Part shown: positions 1 through 8,905 of the stretch, one piece after another
How positions within the stretch are numbered: position 1 is the first letter of the stretch
Layout of the letters: each line of letters starts with the position of its first letter
Assembly (NCBI RefSeq): GCF_000142905.1
Contig: NW_013657640.1
Span: 145,395-164,677 of the forward strand
From: Thecamonas trahens ATCC 50062
Taxonomy: Eukaryota; Protista; Apusomonadida
Length of the DNA: 19,283 bases
Direction of reading: 5' to 3'
The notes under the pieces: model-generated
The model's input: the letters and a program-made list of their open reading frames with translations, nothing else
Databases searched by the model: none
Told to the model about the DNA's origin: nothing
Position numbers and translations under genes: made by a program

Positions 1-69
1 CCAGAACGTCAGCCACCACCGACAGACCCCTCCCTCTCCCTTCCCCTCGCCCAGCCCTCTCCATCCTCC

Positions 70-1587
70 ATGCCACCCATCCACCCGCTGCTGGCGGCCG
101 TGGCTATGGCTGTAGTCTGCCTCGTGCTCGCTATGGCCAGCCCGCCACCCGCTGCAGGCGCCAGGCACTCGCTGGGGACTACTGATGCTGTGGAGTATGC
201 TGCACAGGTGGAAGCTGCGGCGGCTGCGGCGGCTGCAGGGGCAGCGGCGGCAGCAGAGGCGTCCGGTGCGCGCACTACGTCATCGCTGGGGTCTGGAGAC
301 TGGCTTGCTGGTGCAGGGACAACTGGCGAGCCGGAACAAGTCCACGTTGCGCTCACCGGCTTCCCGCATGCCCTCCGCGTCATGTGGGTCACCTTTGGTG
401 GCGCGGGCGCAGGCGCAGAGGCTGCGTGGGGCACGGCGCCGGGCGTCCTGGCTGCTACCGCCCGGGCCAATGCATCGACATACGACGTTGGCATTCTCGG
501 CGGCTGGCACGGCACCATTCACACCGTAGACATGGTCTTTCCTTCCCACCTGCCCCCACGGACGACGGTCTACTACGCGGTCTCGGGCACCTGCCCCACC
601 GCCTGCTGGTCGCCGGTCTTTTCAGTCGCGCTACCGGCGGCGATCGGAATGGAGACGGCAACCACGCTCGCACTGTGGGGTGACATGGGGACGGTCATTC
701 CTGACGGCTGGCGTGTTGCCGCCGATGTGGCTGCCGCGGCCCGTCGCGCGGATGGGGCCTGGAACGCTATGCACATTGTCGGCGACTTGGCGTACGCCGG
801 CATGGGCGCCCACGATGCTTGGCAACCGATCTGGGACATGTTTGGCCGCCAGATGCAAGACGCCGCAGTCCAGGTGCCGCTCATGGTTTCGGTCGGCAAC
901 CACGAGGAGTACTACGACTTTGAGGCCTACGTCAAGCGCTTCTCGGCTCCGGGAGCCGTCCTCACTCCTGGCGCCAACCGCCACTTCTGGTACTCGTACG
1001 AGGTCGGCAACATCCATGTCACCTCGATGTCGACTGAGCACCCATACCTACCGGGCACGCCGCAATACGCCTGGCTCGCCGCCGATCTCAAGGCTGTTGA
1101 CCGCCGCCGCACCCCGTGGCTTGTCCTCGTCTCGCACCGTCCGTTTCTTGCCTCGGACGCCTTTGAGCACACCGCCCACATCCCCGGCGCACCGCTAGTT
1201 GACTCTGTCGGCCGACTTGCGGCTGCGGCCGGTGTTGATCTTGTTGTCTCGGGCCATTGTCACGTGTACGAGCGGACGCTGCCGACGCTCCCGTCGGGCG
1301 CCGTCACCTCGCACGGCGCCGCCAACGGGACCGTCTTCCACGCCCCGGGCGCGCCCATCTGGATCGTCGCCGGTACCGGCGGCGCCATCTACCCAGACTC
1401 GTGGGTCGTCCCCATTCCACCTTGGTCCGCCGTTCGCATCCACAAGCTCGGCGACGACATCGTGTACGGCTACGGCGTCGTCTCCACAAACGCCACTGCG
1501 CTCGAGTGGACCCTTCATCGCGCCGCCCACTCCAGCTACCCCGGCGGCCCCAGCCACATCCTCGACCGCTTCACACTCATCCGGTGA
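70..1587 (+). CDS. Secreted purple acid phosphatase (metallophosphoesterase superfamily)
   Basis: ATG at 70 to TGA at 1587, 505 aa. The N-terminus is a hydrophobic signal peptide (MPPIHPLLAAVAMAVVCLVLAMASP). All five PAP metal-ligand blocks are present in the canonical order: GDMG, VGDLAY, VGNHE, LVSHRP (VxxH) and SGHCHVYER (GHxH). An N-terminal FN3-like PAP segment (EPEQVHVALTGFPHALRVMWVT) precedes the catalytic domain. Confidence 0.85.
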   Translation: MPPIHPLLAAVAMAVVCLVLAMASPPPAAGARHSLGTTDAVEYAAQVEAAAAAAAAGAAAAAEASGARTTSSLGSGDWLAGAGTTGEPEQVHVALTGFPHALRVMWVTFGGAGAGAEAAWGTAPGVLAATARANASTYDVGILGGWHGTIHTVDMVFPSHLPPRTTVYYAVSGTCPTACWSPVFSVALPAAIGMETATTLALWGDMGTVIPDGWRVAADVAAAARRADGAWNAMHIVGDLAYAGMGAHDAWQPIWDMFGRQMQDAAVQVPLMVSVGNHEEYYDFEAYVKRFSAPGAVLTPGANRHFWYSYEVGNIHVTSMSTEHPYLPGTPQYAWLAADLKAVDRRRTPWLVLVSHRPFLASDAFEHTAHIPGAPLVDSVGRLAAAAGVDLVVSGHCHVYERTLPTLPSGAVTSHGAANGTVFHAPGAPIWIVAGTGGAIYPDSWVVPIPPWSAVRIHKLGDDIVYGYGVVSTNATALEWTLHRAAHSSYPGGPSHILDRFTLIR

Positions 1588-1735
1588 TATTTCATAGTTT
1601 CCAACTGCAAACACTCTTCCGCCGTCAGACAGGCCGCGCGGCCCAGCCAGCTGCCATCGATCCGGGGCCAATCGGTCGTGCCGCTCCGCCACGACGGCCA
1701 GCCAGCCAAGCCAACTAGTCAGCCAGCCAGCCACC

Positions 1736-1999
1736 CCCCACCACGGGCGCACCCACTCCCACGGGCACCCCACTCCACCCTTCCCACCCCCCACCCCCCA
1801 CCCCCCACCCCCCCACCCCCACGCCAAAACCGCCCCCTCCACCCCACCCCCCCCACCCAGGTACGCCCTGCCGCCTCCCGCTGCCCGTTGCCGGTGCCTG
1901 CCTGCGCCCCTTCCCCGAAGCCTCCAACGAATTTTTGCCGGTGGCAGACCACCCCTCTCACACCCGTCCACCGCCCCCTCCCCCTCCCCCCCACGCACA
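1736..1999. repeat. Poly-C / (C5-6A)n low-complexity tract upstream of the PP2C-MOB4 gene
   Basis: The tract reads ccccccaccccccaccccccacccccccacccccacg...ccccctcccccctccccccc. On the minus strand the same runs are G-rich. Confidence 0.7.
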
Positions 2000-2001
2000 G
2001 C

Positions 2002-4257
2002 ATGGCGGACCAGACACTGGGCATCTCGTTTGCGGCTGCAGAGCCCCTGGATGACTCGGACTCGGACGAAGGCGTCGTGGCGCATGTGGCTGACGAGGAC
2101 GACTCGTCGTCGGACCCGCTGTCGTCCGACGACGACGCTACCGAGTCGGACGACGGCGACGGCGGTGATGGCCGCGACGGCGACGGGAGCTCAGCAGTGC
2201 TCGGCATCTCGTTCTCGTCGGCCGCTGGTGGCGACGGCGACGGCGACGACGACGGTGGCGACGACGACGACGACGACGGGCTGCCGGACTCGGACGCCGA
2301 CGATTCGGACGAGGAGCTGTCGGACGATTCGTACGACGAGGACGGCCTGGTGCTTGTGCTCAAGTACGGGGCGCACGGGCTGACCGGGCGGCGCAAGACG
2401 ATGGAGGACGCGCACTTTGCAGCGGTGCAGGCGTCGCAAAAACTAGAGACGGCCGAGACGCAGGGCGGCCCTGCGGTGGGCTTTTTCTCAGTCTTTGACG
2501 GCCACGGCGGCGACGCGTGCGCGCTGTATCTCTCACAGAACATGTTCCCCGCAGTGTTGGAGACGATGCCCGAGCTGGCGATCCGGACCAAGGAGGTTGA
2601 CCCGGAGAGCCTCCCGTCGCAGGCCGAGGAGCTGCAGGCGATGGAGACCAGTCTCCGCGAAGCGTACGCGCTCGCCGAGTCGCGGTTCATCTCGCTTGCC
2701 GAGAGCAAAAACGTTGATTCAGGTGCGACAGCCGTCTCTGCCCTCATTCATGGCAACAAGCTCGTGGTTGCCAACGTTGGCGACTCTGAGGCTGTGCTCT
2801 CGCGTGATGGCATGCCTGTCAACCTGACAGTCATCCACAACCCGGCCAAGAACCCGGCCGAGGAGGAGCGAATTGTGGCTGCCGGCGGGCGGGTGTACAA
2901 GAAGCGGGTGGCGCTACCGTCGGTCCCGCCGCACCTGTGCAACATTGCAGTCTCGCGGGCGTTTGGCGATATCCTGTTCAAAAACACGCCTGACGGGACA
3001 GCGTCGGGGCTGACGGCGGATCCGGACGCAGCCACGTGGCTCATTGAGCCGCAGGATGAGTTTCTCATTTTGGCATGCGATGGGGTGTGGGACGTGATGA
3101 CACACGAGGAGGCTGTCGACGAGGTGTCATCGAGCCTTGCGGCGTCGCAGTACGACCCGCAGGCTGCTGTTGAGTGCCTGGTCAAGGCGGCGTACGCGCG
3201 CGGCTCGACCGACAACATCACTGCGCTGGTGGTGCTCTTCGAGTTTGTGCCCGAGGAGGACCTTCTTGAGCTGCTGGAGGACGACCCGAGCCCGCCGCTG
3301 GCGCTGGATGTCAACGGCGAGCCCGCGAGTACCGAGTTTGAAGGCAAGGTGAGCGAGCTGCAGGCGCTCGGTAACGGGTTCTCACCGGTCGCGCCGGTCC
3401 ACCAGACCGGGACTATCAAGCTTATGCCGCGGACGGCGGCGGGCCCGTCGACGCCGACCGCAGGCGGATCGGGCATTACCTTTGCGGCCACGGGAGCAGG
3501 CTCGGACTCTGACGACGGTGTCTCGCCGTTTGGCGTCGACTCGGACGAGTCGGGCTCTGACGACGAGTGGGACGAGAAGGCGCTGTGGCCGGGCAAGCTC
3601 GCGGCTTACACCGAAGAGACACCACTCAACGGTGCGCAGCGCAACGTGCCGGGCACCAAGCGCGACGAACTGTTTGCATGGAAGGCCGCGCCGCTCGAGG
3701 AGCAGACCGGCTCGCTTGAAGTCCAGCAGTACCTGCAGCAGCTGATCCGGAGCGACCCCGCAGACGTGGACAAGATTGTGGAGACGCCCGAGGGCGTGTC
3801 GTCGGTGGTGTGGCAGTACGAGCACCTGCGCCAGCTGACACTCGAGCTCTCGCATCTGGCAGTCATGCTGGAAGAGTGCGGGTGCTCGCCCGAGTCGTGC
3901 CCCAAGATGAAGGCGACTCAAGAGTGGATGTTCCTCTGCGCAGCCCACAAGGAGCCGCAGGAGTGCTCCGCCATCGACTACATGTGCCACACGCTCGAGG
4001 GCGCCGCCGCGCTGCTCAACTCGCAAAAGTACTTCCCCTCGCGCATCAACCTCAAGGAGGCCGACGCCAAGCCGAACCTCCAGTCGGTCGCCCGCCGCCT
4101 CTATCGTATCTGCGCCCACGCCTTCTTTGCCCATAACGACGCCTTTGAGGAGTTTGAAGCCGAGACGCACACTACCGAGCGCGCCGTCAAGCTCGCTGCC
4201 CGCTACAAGCTTGTTGGCCGCAAGATGCGCATCATCCCGCCTGTCGAGGAGTGGTAA
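2002..4257 (+). CDS. PP2C (PPM) phosphatase fused to a MOB4/phocein (Mob1-family) domain
   Basis: A continuous ORF runs from 1678 with no internal stop. The first ATG after the upstream poly-C tract is at 2002 (MADQTLG); the stop is TAA at 4255-4257. The N-terminal region is rich in acidic D, S and G residues. PP2C motifs at about 2347-3246: RRKTMEDAH, FFSVFDGHGG, VANVGDSEAVLS, IAVSRAFGD, LILACDGVWDV, GSTDNITALVV. The C-terminal ~215 aa match MOB4/phocein almost motif for motif: RNVPGTK..F.W, VQQYLQQLIR.D..DVDKIVE.PEG...VWQYEHLRQ..LEL..LAV.LEEC, C..MKATQEWMFLCAAHK.PQECSAIDY..HTLEGAA.LLNS.KYFPSR, RRLYRI.AHA.F.H.D.FEEFE.ET. Confidence 0.8.
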   Translation: MADQTLGISFAAAEPLDDSDSDEGVVAHVADEDDSSSDPLSSDDDATESDDGDGGDGRDGDGSSAVLGISFSSAAGGDGDGDDDGGDDDDDDGLPDSDADDSDEELSDDSYDEDGLVLVLKYGAHGLTGRRKTMEDAHFAAVQASQKLETAETQGGPAVGFFSVFDGHGGDACALYLSQNMFPAVLETMPELAIRTKEVDPESLPSQAEELQAMETSLREAYALAESRFISLAESKNVDSGATAVSALIHGNKLVVANVGDSEAVLSRDGMPVNLTVIHNPAKNPAEEERIVAAGGRVYKKRVALPSVPPHLCNIAVSRAFGDILFKNTPDGTASGLTADPDAATWLIEPQDEFLILACDGVWDVMTHEEAVDEVSSSLAASQYDPQAAVECLVKAAYARGSTDNITALVVLFEFVPEEDLLELLEDDPSPPLALDVNGEPASTEFEGKVSELQALGNGFSPVAPVHQTGTIKLMPRTAAGPSTPTAGGSGITFAATGAGSDSDDGVSPFGVDSDESGSDDEWDEKALWPGKLAAYTEETPLNGAQRNVPGTKRDELFAWKAAPLEEQTGSLEVQQYLQQLIRSDPADVDKIVETPEGVSSVVWQYEHLRQLTLELSHLAVMLEECGCSPESCPKMKATQEWMFLCAAHKEPQECSAIDYMCHTLEGAAALLNSQKYFPSRINLKEADAKPNLQSVARRLYRICAHAFFAHNDAFEEFEAETHTTERAVKLAARYKLVGRKMRIIPPVEEW
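2347..3246 (+). other. PP2C catalytic domain segment of the fusion ORF
   Basis: Extends from DGLVLVLKYGAHGLTGRRKTMEDAH to STDNITALVVLFEF. The conserved Asp-rich metal-binding motifs are intact. Confidence 0.8.
3640..4254 (+). other. MOB4/phocein (Mob1/phocein family) domain segment of the fusion ORF
   Basis: Residue pattern RN.PGTK...F.W...VQQY.QQ.IR.D....DKI.E.PEG....W.YEHLRQ..LEL..LAV.L..EC...C..M.AT..W.FLCAAHK.P.EC.AIDY..HTL.GAA.LLNS.KYFPSR matches phocein across its whole length. Confidence 0.75.
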
Positions 4258-4352
4258 AGTGCTTTTTCGTTTCCTGCCTGCAGCCGGTCGAGCCCTGCCT
4301 CGCTCGCAAGCCGTGTTGCTGGCTCCTGTTTACGGCAGTGTCTTGTTGAGAG

Positions 4353-5112
4353 TCAAAGAAAGTAATCGGGCACCTGCTTGGCCTGGCCCGACGGCACCTC
4401 ACGGCGGTCCTCGGGCGCAGCGGAGAAGACGTTGAACTCGCGGTTGAGCGAGGCGTCGATCTCGCAGATGGACGCCACGTTGCCGCAGCGGTAGCAGTAG
4501 TTGGGCGCGGACCAGACGGTGGCCAGCAAGCCGTCAAAGTGAATCTGGTAGCCTTCCATGCACAGCTGGTGGGCGCGAAGGACAGTGGAGAGGCCGTTGA
4601 CGTGCAGGAAACGCTCGACGGTGTCTTTGCCGAACAGATGGCCGGCGTTGCGCTGTGAGAGGTTGAATCCGTCACGGTCGGACGGATCCGACCACAGCAG
4701 GTCAGCAAAGACGCCCTCGGACGGCGGCTCGCGGAAGCGGTCGATGAGCTTGATCTGGTCAACCGAGAGCACCGCCGGCGAGAGCCCACCGTGGACACAG
4801 AAGATCTTGCCGGCAATGATGGCCGAGAGCGGGAGGTAGTCAAAGACCTCGCAAAAGTACGACCAAACGTCGGCCGACCCGTACTTTTGCACGACCTCTT
4901 TGTAGAACCCGTACACTTGTGTAATCTGCCGCGACTCGTGGTTGCCGCGCAGCAGCGTGATGCGGTCCGGCCACCGGAGTTTGAGGCACGTCAGCAGCGT
5001 GATCGTCTCCAGGTTAAAGTGCCCGCGGTCCACGTAGTCGCCCAGAAACAGGTATCGCGTATCGGGGCACTCGCCGCCGATCTGGAAGATCTCCAGCAGA
5101 TCGTAGAACTGA
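4353..5112 (-). CDS. Ser/Thr protein phosphatase 4 catalytic subunit (PPP family, PP2A-like), exon 2 of 2
   Basis: Reading the reverse complement gives [83 protein letters not shown], ending in the PP4-like tail [24 protein letters not shown]. Stop is TGA at 4353-4355. The acceptor is ctgcag|T at 5112/5113. I derived the first 26 codons by hand from the reverse complement of 5034-5112, upstream of the listed ORF. Confidence 0.85.
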
Positions 5113-5378
5113 CTGCAGTATCCAGCCGCGATACCGTTACCGTGTTGTTGTGTCGCACCCCGGCTGTCTGTCAGTGGCGAGCCGTCTCTTCTACCCGCCC
5201 CCCCTCCCCCCCTCCCCTCCCCTCTGCGCCCTACCTACCAACCTTCTGCCCACCGCTATCCCACGACAATGCCCACGGCCACCGCCCCCCATCCCCCTCC
5301 CCCCCCCCCTCGCCCCTCCCTCCCTCCCCCTCCCCCCCCCCCCCCCCCCCCCCCACCCCTCCCCCACCCTCAACCTAC
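5113..5378 (-). other. Spliceosomal intron of the PP4c gene (GTAGGT...CTGCAG), 266 nt
   Basis: The consensus donor and acceptor bracket a frame-preserving join. The intron is almost entirely a CT-rich tract on the + strand (GA- and G-rich on the transcript) and includes a C23 homopolymer at 5332-5354. Confidence 0.75.
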
Positions 5379-5539
5379 CCATGGACGTCACCCACAACAG
5401 TCACCGGCGCGTCGACCTCGCACACGTTCGACTCGTCCAGAAGGACGTCAATGACCCGGGTGCAGATGTCCTTGATCGTTGCCTGCGACAGCAGCTCGCA
5501 CCGCTTGAGCTTCTCCAGGCACTTGTCCACGTCGTCCAT
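5379..5539 (-). CDS. Protein phosphatase 4 catalytic subunit, exon 1 of 2
   Basis: ATG at 5539-5537 opens MDDVDKCLEKLKRCELLSQATIKDICTRVIDVLLDESNVCEVDAPVTVVGDVHG, which matches the PP4/PP2A N-terminus. The exon ends with GG|gtaggt, so the donor GT lies at 5378-5377. Splicing joins GG+T to give Gly and continues QFYDLL in frame. The spliced CDS is 921 nt, 306 aa, the normal size for PP4c. Confidence 0.8.
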
Positions 5540-5608
5540 GCCTCCCCCCCGAACGCCTGACAGAGCCAAGTGTTGCTCGCTCCCCTCCTCCCTCATTTCA
5601 ATCCACAG

Positions 5609-5644
5609 GCTCAGCAGTGCTGAGCATGTCTTGCGGCAAGACAT
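5609..5644 (-). promoter_or_regulatory. Two adjacent perfect stem-loops in the 143-nt MVP-stop / PP4c-start spacer
   Basis: gctcagc-agt-gctgagc at 5609-5625 (7-bp stem, 3-nt loop) is followed immediately by atgtcttgc-g-gcaagacat at 5626-5644 (9-bp arms). The second palindrome contains an ATG on the minus strand (5644-5642) that is in frame with the PP4c initiator 35 codons downstream. Confidence 0.5.
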
Positions 5645-5682
5645 CGTTTATCACTTTACATCCAGGGGCCGGCCGTCTCCAA

Positions 5683-8310
5683 CTACTGACCCTGCTCCGA
5701 GACGGCAAGCGCAGAGCCGACAAGGCCGTTGGCGGTGTTGAACAGGTTGACCGGCGAGTTGCCGTCGGTGAGGAGGACAGACGAAAGGCCGAGCGAGCCC
5801 AGGAGCTTGGCCTGCATCTCGGGCCCGGCCTTGGCAATGTCCTTGATGACCTCGGGCGTGATGGCCTCGATCATGGCCTTGAACTTGCCGGTCTCGATCT
5901 CGGTCAGCTGGGCCTTCTTGTCGAGCTCGAGCTTGTTGAGTGCGGCGACGTGGGTGAGCTCGGCGGCGTAGTGGGCCTGCAGCCGCTTGAGCTCAAAGGC
6001 AGCCTCGACGTCTGCGGCGTCTGCACGGAGCTGGGCCTGCTCGACACTGGCCTCGCACTCGATGACGGTGGTGGTGGCCTGGGCCTTGGCCTCGGCCTTG
6101 GCCTTGCCCGTCGTCTTGATCGACTCGCACTCGGCCTGCAGCCGGAGAAGCTCGATCTTGGCAGCCTCGGAGAGGCACGAGTCGCGGATGCGGAGCTGCT
6201 CGAGCTCGCCAAGCGCGTCCTGCTCCTCTCGCTTGGCGACGTTGCGCGCCCGCGCTTCGAGCGCGTCGGTGGTGATCTCGATGGCGAGCGAGACCGACTT
6301 TTGCAGCGAGTCCCGCGTCCGCTGGTCCACGGGGTCAACGTTCTGGATGTCGACGTTGGTGATGACAAGGCCGTTGGCCGGAAAGACCCGCTCGTCGCAG
6401 ACCGAGCCATTGTCGTCGAGGCCAAAGACGGCTGCGCGGATGATACGTGCCGAGTTGGCGTGGAACTCCTGGAACGGAATCGAAGCCACCGTGCCGCGGA
6501 TTGACGAGCCGAGCGCCTTGCACGCGTCGCCCACAAAGTCGGCAACCGAGAAGATCTTGCGGGTCGAATCCTCCGTCGACCGGTCGACACGGAACTCCCA
6601 GTTGTACCCGAGCTGAAGCGAGAGGCGTGCATGGTCCGACGTCTCCACCACGATGACGTCGATCATAAAGTCCGGGCCAAGGTAGAGGAGCAGCGACTTG
6701 ATGGCGTTCGACTGCTTCGGCCGCCCGCCCGAGAGCGAGAAGACCGTGAGGTGCTCATTCGGCTGGAGAAGCACCAGCTCTGGGCCAAACACCACCCGGG
6801 CATCCTTGGTCTTGTAGTCAAAGATCTGGACCGCTGCGTTGTGCGGGACACGGTAGGTGACAACCCGCCACTTTTCGCGCCGCTGCATGCCTGTCAGGCC
6901 AGCCGCCCGCGAGCCGGTCGACGCAAGGTTGAGGATCGTCGACTGCAGGCCCGGCGTGCGGCTTGCAGACGAGGAGAACAGCACGTTTGAGCCGGCAGCA
7001 AGCTCGACCGGGGTGTCGGTGAACGGCGTCTCACCGTTGATGAGCGCCTCCATGTCGGCAGGCAGCTCCTTCTCCCACAGCTCCTCGTCGGCCTGCAGCA
7101 TGTACGACGCGCCGATCTCGGCGCGCACCTTGCCGGTCGTCATGTTGCGGACGTACACGCCCTCGTTCTTGTCGAGCGGAATGAGCCACCGCTGCGCCGC
7201 CACACTGCATTGCGGTGCTGGGTAGTAGTCGCGCGGCCCAAAGACCATCCACCGCTCACCCGGCTCCCGCGCCACGCCCTCGTCGTCCACGTACGCCTCG
7301 ACACACCGCAGCACTAGCGCGTCCTGCTTCGACAGCAGGTGCGCCGTCTGCTTGCCGGCAAGCAGCCGCTCGCCGGGCTGCAGGAAGAACGTCTTGGGCC
7401 CTCGGACCATGGTCTTGGTTCCCAGCACGTTCTTGCCGGTCGACGCGTCCACAGGATCCACAATGACGCAGTAGTCGGTGTTTGAGAGCGAGATCGCCGT
7501 CACAGGCGTCACCAGCTGCTCAAAGACCCCGAGCATGTGCGTCGGCGCCTCGGCAAGCGTCACCAGCCACTCGTCGCCGACCTTGCGCTCGATGCCGTAG
7601 ACATCGGTGAAGGCTTGCGTTGCGCGCAGGTGAAGGCCCGTCGTCTCGGTCAGGACATGCAGCTCCTGCACCTCGACAAGCTCCTCCGTTACCCGGCACA
7701 GGTATCGCCCCGGCTGCCGCACAATCCACTCGGAGCCAGCAAGCCGCGCCGTTCCATCCGGCTCGGTAAAGTCCTCCGTCGCCCGCAGCCGCAGCGCCTG
7801 GGTCTCGAGCACCACTACAGAGTGCACCTCCTCCAGCACCGTCACCACCCGCGACGGCAGATACGTCCGCGGGCCCTTGACCAGCCACTGCTCGCCCGCA
7901 GCACGCGTCACCCCACCCTCGTCCTTCACCTCGCGCTCCGCACGCACCCGCAGCGCAGCGCCGTCCTCAATCACGCGCAGCGGCGTCACGCCCAGCACAA
8001 GTGCCTCGCCCGGGTACAGCGGGAACGGGTCCGGAAAGTCGGCCGCAAGCCGCACCTCCTCGTCACCCCACACGCACACGTAAACCCCGTGCTCGTCAAT
8101 CACAGGCTGCCCGGCGTCATCACGCTCCACAGGATTGGCCACCACGCAGTACGACGCCGGCGGCAGGACAATCATCGCCAGCGGGCCATCCACCACGGTC
8201 TCATGTGCCTTCTTGGTGAACGTCGCTGGGCCAACCACCAGCCGCTGCACATTCGTGTTGTTGTCCTCCACCGTCACATACGAATACGGCCGGATGCGAA
8301 TGAGCGACAC
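5683..8310 (-). CDS. MVP: Major vault protein (MVP), apparently intronless
   Basis: The 875-aa ORF is collinear with metazoan MVP from [19 protein letters not shown] through the repeats (GDEWLV, ALRLRA.E.F.D..G..R..G.EWL, FFLQPGE) and the shoulder ([54 protein letters not shown]). It continues through the A/E/K/Q-rich cap helix to [26 protein letters not shown]. Stop is at 5683-5685. The codon at 8310 is GTG, not ATG, and an in-frame TGA lies two codons upstream. The true initiator is therefore probably in a short upstream exon or is non-AUG. Confidence 0.88.
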   Translation of the reverse strand: MSLIRIRPYSYVTVEDNNTNVQRLVVGPATFTKKAHETVVDGPLAMIVLPPASYCVVANPVERDDAGQPVIDEHGVYVCVWGDEEVRLAADFPDPFPLYPGEALVLGVTPLRVIEDGAALRVRAEREVKDEGGVTRAAGEQWLVKGPRTYLPSRVVTVLEEVHSVVVLETQALRLRATEDFTEPDGTARLAGSEWIVRQPGRYLCRVTEELVEVQELHVLTETTGLHLRATQAFTDVYGIERKVGDEWLVTLAEAPTHMLGVFEQLVTPVTAISLSNTDYCVIVDPVDASTGKNVLGTKTMVRGPKTFFLQPGERLLAGKQTAHLLSKQDALVLRCVEAYVDDEGVAREPGERWMVFGPRDYYPAPQCSVAAQRWLIPLDKNEGVYVRNMTTGKVRAEIGASYMLQADEELWEKELPADMEALINGETPFTDTPVELAAGSNVLFSSSASRTPGLQSTILNLASTGSRAAGLTGMQRREKWRVVTYRVPHNAAVQIFDYKTKDARVVFGPELVLLQPNEHLTVFSLSGGRPKQSNAIKSLLLYLGPDFMIDVIVVETSDHARLSLQLGYNWEFRVDRSTEDSTRKIFSVADFVGDACKALGSSIRGTVASIPFQEFHANSARIIRAAVFGLDDNGSVCDERVFPANGLVITNVDIQNVDPVDQRTRDSLQKSVSLAIEITTDALEARARNVAKREEQDALGELEQLRIRDSCLSEAAKIELLRLQAECESIKTTGKAKAEAKAQATTTVIECEASVEQAQLRADAADVEAAFELKRLQAHYAAELTHVAALNKLELDKKAQLTEIETGKFKAMIEAITPEVIKDIAKAGPEMQAKLLGSLGLSSVLLTDGNSPVNLFNTANGLVGSALAVSEQGQ

Positions 8311-8344
8311 TACTCACGACCACCCACAACACAGTCTGCTTCGT

Positions 8345-8900
8345 GAGTTCATTGCCTTGCTCCCTCCTTCCCTCTCTGTCCCTTTCCCCCGTCCCTTTCC
8401 CCCTTCCCTTTCCCGCCCCCCCCCCCCCCCCCCTTTTGTTTTTCTGCGCCACCAATGGAAAGAAAAATCATCCGAGTGGAACAAGGAAGAAAGCCACCTT
8501 CCCCTCCCCGTCCTTCCCTCCACAGCACAGGCACCTCCCCACCCCCACCCCCCCCCAACGCCCACCCCCCTCTCCCCCTTCCCCTCCCCTTCCCTCCCCT
8601 CCCCCACTCACACCGTACTCTTGTTGCGGGTTGGTGAGACGGATGGTGCTCACCCCCACTCTCACCGCCTCACCCTCCTGCCTGCCCGTCTCCACTTCGG
8701 CCAGCCCCGATCGATCACCCGCCACCACCAGCCAGCCAGCCAGCCAGCCAACCGGAAGACGACCAAACCCCAAACCCACAGGTCTTTCCTTTTCCCTTGA
8801 CACATTGCCTGGCGGGTGGACCACAAAGTCACCACCCCACCCCCCACCCCGCCTTCCCCCCCCTCCCTCCTCCCTCCCCCCCCCCCCTTCCCAAGTGGGC
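8345..8900. repeat. CT- and C-rich divergent spacer between MVP (-) and the arrestin-kinase gene (+)
   Basis: The spacer contains several CCCTYCC(C) runs, a C18 run at 8416-8433, a C12 run at 8876-8887 and a (GCCA)6 microsatellite at 8727-8752. Confidence 0.7.
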
Positions 8901-8905
8901 GCATC

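Noticed and set aside
1790-1835. (CCCCCCA)n read as interstitial telomere repeats
   Set aside because: The array is short and irregular (C5A/C6A/C7A) and embedded in a general poly-C promoter tract. It is more simply explained as a C-rich microsatellite.
1719-2747. 342-aa and 296-aa minus-strand ORFs (1719..2747, 1195..2085) opposite the PP2C gene 5' region
   Set aside because: These are antisense of the poly-C tract and the GAC-rich acidic linker. They translate as S/P/G low complexity with no domain.
5540-5644. A 35-aa N-terminal extension of PP4c from the upstream in-frame ATG at 5644
   Set aside because: The extension (MSCRKTCSALLS...) has no counterpart in PP4/PP2A N-termini. MDDVDKCLEKLKRCE aligns with the canonical start. 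It is kept only as a possible uORF or alternative start in a finding.
5617-8346. Plus-strand ORFs 5617..6504 and 7537..8346 overlapping MVP
   Set aside because: These are antisense-frame artefacts rich in R, L and G. The minus-strand MVP homology is unambiguous.
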